64,000 bases of DNA from Balanoglossus misakiensis (Eukaryota; Animalia; Hemichordata), in assembly GCA_040954595.2 (NCBI GenBank), contig CM082583.2, positions 7,810,849 to 7,874,848 of the forward strand, given 5' to 3'. This document shows, piece by piece, positions 53,501 to 64,000 of the stretch (within the stretch, counting starts at the first letter, position 1; the number at the start of each line of letters is the position of its first letter). The translations under genes were made by a program, and so were the position numbers. Below the pieces are notes generated by a model. The model ran no database searches and was not told the origin of the DNA. It saw only the letters and a list, made by a program, of their open reading frames with translations.

Positions 53501-56500
53501 CCATGAAAAATATTTGAGGTTCTCTCCTCACTTTTGCACTAAGTATCGTCTTTTGGGGATACTTAGTTAAATCTAAGGTACATACTTGAAATATAAACCT
53601 GTGAGTGCCCCTGGGAACGAGCAACAATATCAATTTTCTCAGTAGCGTGCTGTTTATAACAGAAACAGCCAGAATTTTGCACTGCATTTATTAGAAAAAA
53701 ACTGTCTTATACACCAGCAGATAAGAATCAGTTTCTCTGATTTCTGTATTAAACATAAATGTAAAAATATGATGCCGCTAATATGCCTTCAATTGACGTG
53801 AGGAAATACTGAGTTGATGGATTACTGTGGCAACCAGTTATGTAACGTGTTGTGAGAAACTGTGATGGCAACACTCTGAAAGTGTTACCATGGTAATCAT
53901 GCACTATTCAACCTGTGTCATAATGGTTGCTCCTCCTAGGTATAGTATACACACAGACGAGACAGTGAAGTTTCACCAGTCACACCTGTAGCATTTGAAG
54001 ATAAACATCAACGCCGGCATTCACGACTGCATATCTGGCTGTCTCGCACCTTTCTCCGTTAGAGATAGCGGTGTACTGAGTTTCAGTGCCATCTCCACCA
54101 GTCGTATTCTGGGTCCTGAAACGATAATGTTGGGCGCCTTCGGCCGCGGTTTGCTGACCGTGGACAACGAGACTGTCCTGGAGAACTCGACAGCCGCATC
54201 CAACGGAACTGGTCCAGACACCGATCCCATTCCGGTGGGATTTCCCACCCCGAACTATCTGGCTCTGTTCTCGATACCGGCACCGATCTTCGCCATCAGT
54301 ATTCTGATGCTGACCCTGGCAACCGTAGTCGGCGCGGGCGGCAACGTCTTGTTGCTGACGGTAACCACCCGCATGCCCGCGTTCAAGACTCCGCTGAATA
54401 ACCAGCTGTCGGCCGTGGCCGTCGCCCAAGCGTTCGTCTGTCTCGGCGCGGCCCCCGTCTACTTCTGCCGGCTGCTGACCTGGTTCAACCGCGCGGAGAT
54501 GCCGCGCCCACTGGTGCTGTGTAAACTGCACGGGGTCCTCTCCGAAGTGGGACTGGTCACCCCGATGCTCCTGCTGTCCGGCGCGACCGTCGGCCTGGCG
54601 CTGAAGACCTGCCGGCGCGTCCCCGCCAACAGCCTGAAGGTCGTCACCAGGGCCACCATCACCGCCAGTTACATCGTCGGGGTCTTCATCAGCCTGGGCA
54701 AGCTGCGTAACACTAGCGGCAACCCCCAACTGCCCATCCCTTGTCTGGAGGCCCCCGGGGGAGGCCGGAGTGTGGCCGCTTTCTTGAAGGTGATGAGCAT
54801 GGTGATCACGGCGGTGGTGCTTGTCGGCTGCTACCTGGGCATTCTCGTCCACGCGCAGAGAAAGAATCACATTTCGCCAGAGTATGCCGATTCCTCCTCT
54901 ACCGCACAGCACGACACTGAGCAGGCTACGAAGATCGACTTGGTGACAACCAAAACATTGATGTTGATGACTCTGCTGTATATTGTAACCACAGGCCCAC
55001 TTCTATTCTACCCTTTCGGGTTATCAGGTGAGTACACAGTGCTTTTTGTAGTGTGTAGTTTACAGGGAAACTTGTTTCTAATCTTTTATCCTAGTTACAG
55101 ATCATTCACTTATGCCTCTCAGTTCTAAGACTACAAAATATTGGGGGATATTTTAGATTCAAAACACCAGTAAAATCCCTTGTCTGAAAACTAGTATGAC
55201 ATTTATTCTTGTAATAAAATAATGCATGTACAATATACCTTAAACATTTTACACATTTGATACATGTACAATGTATGTGCAATGAGGCGCATCATTAGTA
55301 ATTGACATTAATATCAATATGACAAATTGGACAATCCCACTGATGATGTTTTTGCACTCTTTGGTTTCCTTAGAAACAAACGCCGTGAAAGTGATATTTC
55401 TGATGGAATGGCTCGCTCGTCCACTGGCTTACCTGGGCTGCGTCACATTTCCCATGCTCTACGCCATTCAGTGCAAGAAGCTGGCAACAGCCATGAAACT
55501 GCGGCTCACGTGCAAATACTCTGGAGAGTTTGATGTAACCAACGCCGATGCGGGTGAGTGAATTAAAGGGGAGAGCAGAGCAGCAGGGACTGGGCACGGA
55601 TCATAGGGTGAACAGACTAAGCTGTTGGCCTCATGACTCGTTAGCAAGTGTATGAGGCTTGGGACAGAAAGGAATAACGAACCTTTTACACAAAGACTGG
55701 CTTTGGATGATCTTTGAAAATGGCATTTACCACTGTATTATTGCACAATTTTATCTCAGAGAAATGTTAGTATAAATGTTGACGTACAATTTTGTACAAA
55801 ATTATTAGCCTACATTTTGGCAGGACTATAGTATCTGTCACGGCTTTACTGTATACAACTAGTATTTGGACACACAAAATTAATCTGTTTTGACTTTCTA
55901 CTGACTGTAAAGCATGGATCTTTCATTCTTGAACAAATGATTTAGATAATGTAATACGTTGACTTTGCAGAAAGACTTCAAATCTCTCACTGCTGATGTT
56001 TTTGCGAGATATCTTTCTTTTATGGTGTTCACTTTGTGTTGTGAATTTTGATGTGTTGTCGTTGTTGTTGTCTGTGCTGTTTTGTTTTCTTCTTTTACAA
56101 GTGGCCATATAAATATATTTAACCTAAATATGATTTTCACGTATTATCTTGGGCTCCTACGGGGACATTGGTTTATATCAGTAATATTTGTTTGTCATGT
56201 CTACAGCTTTCATGGAGGCAGCTTTTATGATTGAAGCCTAAAATTTAAAATACAACATGATAGGTTTACACTGCACTTTGTTAAAAAGCCCATTGAATGC
56301 TGTACAGATAGTAAGATTTTCAAGTTATGTATGTATGCTTTGTGAAGTTAATAAAAATGTTGCACCAAATCTACACCGCTAATGAGACATTGTGTTAATT
56401 TAATGTTTAAAAAAGGATGAATCATTTTGACCTCTGAAGCTGACATTTCTTGCCAAGCCTGTTAAAAGTGACATTTCAAAAGGGAGTCATGTTGCAGCAT

Positions 56501-59500
56501 AATGACCACAAAGACAATCTCGAGCCAACAGAAGTAGGAAGCATTTAGCCTGGGGCTAATGTTCCCTCCCTTATTCTTCTGATTGCCTTTCCAATGATAC
56601 CAATCCTCAAAACATCACGCACGAACGGTTTCCACGGCAACGGTACTCGCTAAGGGGGAAATTAGCACAAAGGTTCTGCCTTCACATTGACGGCAGGTAC
56701 GAATGTTTTTCATCATCATCTTCTGGTTAGCCGCAGGCGCAGTACAAACCTCTTTGTCAAAAGACACCACACACCTCCTTCAATCAAACACCAATCTGGC
56801 CAACGCTGTGTCGTGACGAGTTCATTTTTGCTTGATGAAGCCTTTTGTACAAATAAAATCTTGTCATTTTGTGATGTTTTGACATCTTTGGCACTTCCGC
56901 CACTGCCGAATAGATACCCTCTCAACATGGATATGAATCATGCTTTACAATTGATAACATAGAAATACACAAACATGCACGCAATGCCACACACGAAAAC
57001 TAAATCATCAAAGATGACAAACCACACAAGCATTAATGCGGGGGAAAAATACTGGGAAAATATGCCCTACCTTCCATTTGATCATCCTCCTGTTTCGGGT
57101 TTGGCAGTTCCTTCAAGATGTCCAGTACTTCGCTGGGTGTGGCTTTGGCTTTGATAGAAGCAATGAGCTGGTGTGCGATCAGAGTGCCTGGTAAACTCCC
57201 TTTGGGACACAAAAAAATGGATACAACTTGAGCTTGAAACAATGTTTATTTGTACCAATGTATGTACCAGCAGTATCTGTATCAGAGATCAGATCTGGCA
57301 GACATAAGGGGGGCTACAGCATTTGTTGTCTATCATCCCCAATCAATGAATCTTACCACTTCCTTCCGCCGTGTACTTGTATATTGGCGATGGCTTCTCA
57401 GGCGCAAGGGCTGCATATTCTTCTGGCACAGACTCCACAATGCGTTGATGATACGATAGTCTGTGGCAAAAACAAACAGAAATGTTTCAGAGAATTAAAA
57501 TATCTTCCGATAAAGAGCTGCATACTTCCGTAACACAGAAAACATCTCTTTCCTTTCGGGGATCTCTGATGCACGGAGGCTGTTGAAACAAATGCAATGG
57601 TTGGCAGATGCTGCTGCTTTTGAACAAAAGCACACCATACTAAAATACCATTTGTACTTGAAACAACAACAGGAAGAGATGAATACCAAAGCTTACCTCA
57701 TGCATTTATGAAGAGTTTCCCTCACAAATTTGGGTTTGGGTGCTTCAGGATTCGCAGCGACACATTCCGCCCTACAAAGATTATGAAACAATACATGTAT
57801 AATGAAAATGTGGACATTTAAGGTATAAAGCTTGTTTTCACCAATTCAGAGTTCACTGACCCCCCTGACCTTGGGCGAAAGAGATTTAATGTTGTATCTT
57901 ACCAGTCTTCCCAGCTCCATCTGAACTGGAAGTTACTGAGATGGTGGGAGAACCAGTTGACAAACCTGTCAACAGACGTCACATTCATGGTGTCCAGACG
58001 TTCATATAACAACTCTGTCGCTTGTGCGAGCTAAAGGTAAGAATTAAGGAAATCTGGACATGCTGTGAAGTAAAAAAAGGGAACTTTTTTCTTTTTAAAA
58101 ATGTGGCCTGTTCAGTGACACTACAGTGATATAGAGACAGGTAATTCAAGGATACAACTTGCGGCAGTGACGATGGCTGCAGCTTGCAGAGTTCAATGAG
58201 AAGCGAGGCGTAAAATATCTCCATAAAGGGCGGCTGAGGTAGATTCATCATCTGACCAAAGACTACTTCAATGATCATGTAGTTCAGCGGAACTTTGTTC
58301 TTGCCGTGGTAACTTACGAGCTGAGCCGCACTGTGAAATAAAAATATAGATGGAACAATATAAACTGAGGTTTAGATACGTTTTGTTTTGTGATAGGTGG
58401 GCAAGACAAGTAAACAGTCAGGCATAGCATATTAGCATCCACATGTAGATCTGTGTTTTTGGCAATTACAAATATCAAGTTTAAGATGGGCATTTTTACT
58501 TGTGATGCGCTATTATCTACATCACTGCATAAGACATGCTAGTTCAGAAAAGCGTCATGTAAAGTACATGGATAATTCAGAAAAAAAAAACTAAAATAAT
58601 AATCCATAGCTTTACCATTCTTTCCTCTCCTTGTTGTGCGTGTAGATGATTTGTGACAGCGTCTCTTCAATCAGAAACCTGTCAATGGAGTGATGTCCCG
58701 GCAGCGGTGGTCCCTGAAAAATGAAATGGAATTCTTTTTTTTAAATATTTTTCTTGAAATTTGAGTAAATTACGACTACTTATTTTTGTGTTTTTCTGGC
58801 TCCCGCAAAATTTCCCGGTTTACAGTGTACATAGAGAGAAATATGATACATAAAGGGTTGTTCACAAAATATGGAGGACATGTTTCCAAGACAACTCACC
58901 TCAGGGGCATCAGTGTATTCAAAGAGCCGGAACACAACTCTGGGAAGTGGATAGACGGTGTCATCTGAATGAGCCGGTGGGTTGAGTGGGGGGAGTGTGT
59001 GTTGCAGCGCCTCACACAGGATGTTGTCGAACGCCAGGTATGGTCTCAAAATTGTCCTCTCGGTCCACTTGTCTTTCTTCAGCTTCTCAATCTGGTGCCA
59101 CAGACAGTCAAGATACTGCAAGAAAAAAAAATAGCAAAACGGCTCAGAACACATTTACATGTAATTCAGTTGGACATCAAACGCTATTGCTTAGATTCAA
59201 GGAGATTTGTAATAACCTTCATGCTGAAAAGCACTTATGTTTTTTTTTTGAGTAGAGAATTTGAACATTTCAAGTCTACTGACCTCCTCCTGTGGATGCG
59301 GAACATCTGATGTCCACACCTTCAGGAATGACATGTATGTTTTCTTTCGTTTGCTGCAATTATAAATAAGAGATTCTTGGGTTAGTGTTTCTGAGCAGAA
59401 TTTGCAATATCAAACAAGCATATTAATATTAATGTAGAGACATGCTGGGTAAGTATTACATCGTCAAGAAGACTGAAATCGTGCACTCTACAAATGATTT

Positions 59501-61613
59501 CCACTCATTTCTTACCTGATGTACTTTTCAATATTTAACAGCAACTTTTCAAGTTCCATTTCTTTCTTGTCACTCAGCTCCTTCCCAATCTTAACAAAAA
59601 TGAGAGGAAAAAAATATTTTAAAGGACGATCACATTCCTATTATTTTTTTCTACTCCAGGTAAGAAGTTACTTATATGTGAGTTACTTGCTCTGTGAGTT
59701 ATACAGCATGCAGAGTTTCACGGTCACTGGAACAACTGCCTCAGCACTTGGTGGTGAGGTATGTAATAGCGCCTAAAAGGACCACACTATTTACACAAAC
59801 TCACCCAGGGTATCGATGACAAGACAGCAAAGATATACCAATCACTTCGTACTTGAGGGATGTCATCTTCCACAGTAACTGCTACGAATGCTTCGTACAT
59901 AGCCAGCATGGACGAGAGATCAATGACGTGGCAGTTCACCAGATCTGTCAGAAATCGTATCAATATCCGAGCTTTTTCAAAGTCACCCGTCTTCAGAAAC
60001 TCTCTCAGGTTCCTGAAAACATGCTCAACAAACTGGAAGGGGGAAAAGTGAACTTGAATTAGCATTTCTTGTGTACACAAAATGTTTGTGTCTGATCATT
60101 GAGCACCTAAGCACGTCTGAATATCGCATTTCTTCGGTTCTATAGTTCAAGTCATTGCCATTCACAATTACTTTTTCAAGTACATGTACAACTCTTGTCA
60201 CTTCAACTCTCATGGACAATGTATTGTGTTCTACAATTCCATACACCTTTTTAAAAATAATATTTGGTTACTTTTCATCAAGCCCACACTCTCAGGCATA
60301 TGGTCACCATGGTAATGAAACGAAGCCATAAAATCTGCATCTCATGATAATGCAGACATCTTACCTCTCCCCCAAAGTTGTAATTACGAGCATTGAGTAA
60401 GCCAACCAGTGTACTGTAAACTGAGATCTTCTCTGGAAGTTGAATGGCACTGGAGTGAAAGACAGCAAGCATACCATGATATTGAGATATTTCTATGCAA
60501 TTCTGGACAAACATTTACATGTGTACATGTACATGTATTAGCTGTGATGACATGTCAACATGAAATATACTCAAAAGTAACAGCTACTGACCCTCTATAC
60601 AAAAACTACTTACCAAAATGCTAAAATTCTAGCAATCTTGGGTTTGTAAGAAGGTAAGTCAGCCTCAAGGACACTGGCAAGGCCTTCCAAGTTGGTCTCT
60701 AAGGAGGATGTACTCTGAGGAACAAAGACAATATTAAATCTCAGTAACGTTTTGGATGTTTTTGAATGTGGCTAATATCACCTACATATATTGTAATTAC
60801 TTTCTAAACACTGACAGTGATGATCTTATGTTTACCTTTTCACCAACTCTTGTGATGAGAGATTCAAGTCTGTCCTCAATTTCGGTATGATCAGATGTTG
60901 TCCTACGCCTCTTTTGAGGACGTCCACCTGTGAATACAAAACCTCTGAACAGTAAGTTACTGGACATTCAGATTTATAGGAAAATATTTGTTTGGTGACC
61001 TAAAGAGCTCTGCTGATACAATATCTATTTGCTAGGTTCTTTCCTCATCATATCCTCATCAATGGTATATTCATGATAGTGTGGAATATGTTCTACGCAG
61101 ACCCAGGTTTTATTTATTAAAATGATAATTGACGACTTGATGGCTTTGGAGGGGTGAACCCCACAACCTTGAGCCAAATAAATGTATGTACAATACTGGC
61201 TCAGCTGACATTGGGTGTGTGTGTGTGTGGGGGGGGGGGGGGGCAAGTCTACTAATGATCGAATAATTACTGTTTCTCTCATCTCTGGCATCTTTATTGT
61301 GTGGTTACTAACTAGTTATTTAAAACTAGTTATTTTAGTCCTCTTCTCAATCGATAATGCCATCATGCAGTACAGGTGGACCTGTATTATGCTGCCCTCA
61401 CACAACCCAATTTGACACAACGTGCGCGCCCAGCACATGTGTGGGGCACTAGTACACGAGCTTCTACTTGCTGTACAACTGTACGTGTTTGCAGGTGAAT
61501 AACGTAGGGGTTTACACTTATAGCGGCGAGCTAGCAGTGTATCAGACATCACAGAAAACAGGGTAACTCTCACCTTCTTCATCATCATCACTGTAGGTTC
61601 TTCGGCGTGACAT
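50544..61613 (-). CDS. NCBP1: Nuclear cap-binding protein subunit 1 (CBP80), 21 coding exons, 790 aa
   Basis: Exons (minus strand): 61613-61574, 60927-60836, 60714-60614, 60449-60365, 60032-59805, 59589-59516, 59353-59284, 59115-58900, 58713-58616, 58330-58156, 58030-57903, 57771-57697, 57460-57357, 57199-57071, 53233-53134, 52844-52751, 52451-52348, 52116-52011, 51588-51463, 50907-50794, 50657-50544; total 2373 nt in frame. N-terminus [23 protein letters not shown] (bipartite NLS). Hallmark CBP80 peptides: [92 protein letters not shown]-terminal [20 protein letters not shown]. Confidence 0.97.
53821..53930. promoter_or_regulatory. Cluster of RFX X-box-like motifs upstream of the nested GPCR
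   Basis: attactgtggcaac (53821-34), actgtgatggcaac (53859-72), gttaccatggtaat (53884-97) and half-site gttgc (53926) resemble the consensus GTNRCCATGGYAAC. Confidence 0.45.
54127..55561 (+). CDS. Atypical rhodopsin-like (class A) orphan GPCR nested antisense in NCBP1 intron 14
   Basis: Exon 1 54127-55027 (donor g|gtgagt) and exon 2 55374-55561 (acceptor ttccttag|) are phase-compatible. N-terminal sequons NET/NST/NGT; seven hydrophobic segments; TM1 GGN, TM3-cap Cys (VLCKL), ECL2 Cys, TM5 CY, TM6 Pro, TM7 FPMLY then a helix-8-like KKLATAMK. The C-terminus is uncertain because of a possible extra donor at 55554. Confidence 0.82.
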
Positions 61614-61893
61614 TTTTCCTCTCACAACAAAGCAATGGGGTTGTGTTGGCGAAGTATTTTCTCCAATGTGTTTTATCGCAAGTGGTCTCTTTATATCACA
61701 AGCTCAGCAGCCAATGTGGGTTCTGAGAACCTAAGAACTTACAAACAGATGCGTAGTGTTCAACTTGCTACAGAAAACACGATTTTTCACTGTTAAAATG
61801 TTCCGCGTGTGCTGTCCTATCGCCAACGCGTCGCGTCGGTAGGGTTAGGCGTTGGAGGAGAGAAGTCACGGACACATGAATCAGAGTTTCAAA
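61614..61893. promoter_or_regulatory. Bidirectional promoter between NCBP1 and the 5'-nucleotidase gene
   Basis: Only 280 bp separate the divergent start codons. CpG-rich patch at 61800-61850, CCAAT elements at ~61663 and ~61711, and a YY1-like caaaatggccgc overlapping ATG 61894. Confidence 0.75.
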
Positions 61894-64000
61894 ATGGCCG
61901 CTGTTGCGCAGAAGGAGACCCTACAAATTCCTGAAATTTGTGTTGACGGCTGTGGCGATAGGAAGCGATCTATGGAAGACTCCACAATCGTGCTAAATAC
62001 GCCAAAGAAAAGAAAATTCAAAGATGTGCGTTCTGTCCCCTACCCGCCACTTAAAGTGTCGTCATACGACCTGTCAAGCCAACAGCTGTTTGTTTTGTAT
62101 ACAGTACACAACACTTTCAACTTGTTCAGCCCCGCCCAACCACTGCCGTTTGTTTCATGGCATTGTGGTGTTCACGTTAGGTTTTACTTGACAATCAAGA
62201 AAACCTACTGTATCTCAAACTTTCATATTTCCATTTATAATCCTGTTTGGTACGTCAATGTCAATCTGAATGCAAAACAGAAAGGTTATGTGAGGTCACT
62301 GGAACCAGATGAATAGTACGCAGTTGTGTTTGGTCGATTTCACATTTGATTTAACTGTGTATATGTGACTTGATTTTCTTCCCCATAACAGTTTTCCCTT
62401 TCTTTGCAGGCGGACATAAAGAAGGCGTTGGTTGTTGCTGTTTCATCGAGGGCCTTGTTTGATTTGGATGAAGAGCACGACTTATATCTGAGCAATGGTT
62501 TGGACGAATACATCAAATACCAACAGAAGATGGAAAATGTTCCATGCAAACCTGGAACAGCATTTGCCTTCATTAAGGTAAAAGTCCCATTATTATCAGT
62601 GTTTGGTAATGGCGGTTACAAGCAAATGTATGGGGTTTTAATTCCCAATCATTCTCCTACTAGGGTTTTTCCATTTTGTATGACATAGTGGAAACTCACA
62701 TATTCTACTATCAAGTAACAGGTCTGTACGATTATGGTAATGATGCACCATTCCTTTCATAGGCTCTCCAAAACGTGAATGATAAATTATTGGAGCGTAA
62801 CCCAGATGAAGATGAAATCTTTGATGTTATCTTGGTGACACAGAACCATGGCGATACATCCATCAGAATCATCAACTCAATAAATCATTACGGTAACTTG
62901 TAACAATGAACTAGGTGTTGTCTTCTGTGTTTTATGCCATTTGGAGCATATTGTCAAGTAATACAGTTATTTGGTTGTAAATATCTTTTTATCACTTAGC
63001 AGTGAGACCCAAATTACTGCCTTAAAGACATGTTTTGAGTAAATGCAAATCAGATCTGCTGTGACAACTTTTAAGGATGTACTAATCTCTGTATGAATGT
63101 ACTGGATTGTTGCAGGGCTTAGGATTGAACGAGCATCCATGACAGGGGGCTCAGACCCTATTGACTATTTAAAAGCATGGAATACATGTCTGTTTTTGAG
63201 CGCGGACGAAGATCAAGTTAAAAGGGCTTTAGAAAATGGTCAGTGACTCCATATTTTGAATTTATGATGAATTTTCCAGGACTGCTAGTCTGAATTAGTG
63301 GAATATTAAAGGATCAATCAGAGAGACAGAGGAAAGCTATCTCCATCAACTGTGAATTTTTGAAACATTGTTTTGTATTATCATTAGGTATTGCAGCAGC
63401 TGTTGTGCAGAAGCAGGTGACAAACGAGACGACAGAGCAGCTCCGTATTGCATTTGATGGGGATTCAGTCCTGTTCTCTGATGAGTCTGAAAGAATTGTG
63501 AAAGAGATGGGTCTGATAGATTTCTTTAAGCATGAAACTGCAAATGCCAATGAGCCCATTGGAGAGGTAATCATTCTTATAGTTATAAGCTGTTCAGCTC
63601 TGTTAATCAAGGCATATGCATCATGTCCAGGAAAAATATGAAATGGTAGCAACATACCACTTCTGTCATAGTGTTGAAGGTTGAGCATATGGAAAATGAA
63701 GATCCTTTGGTGAATTGTGTTTCAACTTGCTAATTGTTCTATAACCACCTGAACATGTACACACCTCCCGCAACAACAAAGGGACTCACTTTTTGATCTC
63801 TTATTTTTCACGTTAAGGGGCCATTAAAACAGTTTGCAGAAAGACTCGGACAAATGCAGAAAAAGTTTCCTCGGAACAATCACTCGGTCTCCGAGAACCC
63901 GATCCGAACGTATCTGGTGACAGCTCGCAGCATGGCAAGTGCTGGCAAGCGCGCCCTGGTGACACTCAGGTCCTGGGGCTTGGAGATGGACGAGACATTC
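61894..64000 (+). CDS. NT5C1A: Cytosolic 5'-nucleotidase I (NT5C1A/B family), truncated by the window end
   Basis: Exons 61894-62025, 62410-62577, 62763-62892, 63116-63238, 63388-63566, 63818->64000. Motifs [56 protein letters not shown] (HAD DxD), [30 protein letters not shown]. Confidence 0.94.

Noticed and set aside
53980-54912. 310-aa minus-strand ORF
   Set aside because: Antisense shadow of the GC-rich GPCR exon, with no recognisable domain. NCBP1 is complete without it.
55028-55128. 3' end of the 377-aa ORF as a single-exon gene
   Set aside because: Read-through into an intron. A strong donor at 55028 splices to exon 2, which supplies TM7.
61840-61849. Telomere-like tagggttagg
   Set aside because: Under two units, so not an interstitial telomeric array.

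Overview
Eukaryotic (animal, probably marine invertebrate; species not determinable) genomic window with GT-AG introns. Bases ~588-23054 are a highly homogeneous 88-bp satellite: ~230 copies in + orientation, then a head-to-head inversion at 20883 and ~24 inverted copies, ending in a (TATG)n microsatellite. Both orientation switches fall on palindromes intrinsic to the monomer. Bases ~23.2-46.7 kb are CpG-rich and non-coding, with microsatellites, two degenerate tandem duplications and four perfect CRE sites. A compact gene cluster follows: an EPHX4/EPHX3-like epoxide hydrolase (+, 6 exons, 347 aa); a perfect 72-bp-arm hairpin in its 3' UTR with AATAAA at the loop; NCBP1/CBP80 (-, 21 exons, 790 aa); an atypical class A GPCR nested antisense in NCBP1 intron 14 and preceded by RFX X-box-like motifs; and, head-to-head with NCBP1, a cytosolic 5'-nucleotidase I gene that runs off the window end. 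Exon coordinates were derived by hand from splice sites and frame continuity. No database searches were run.
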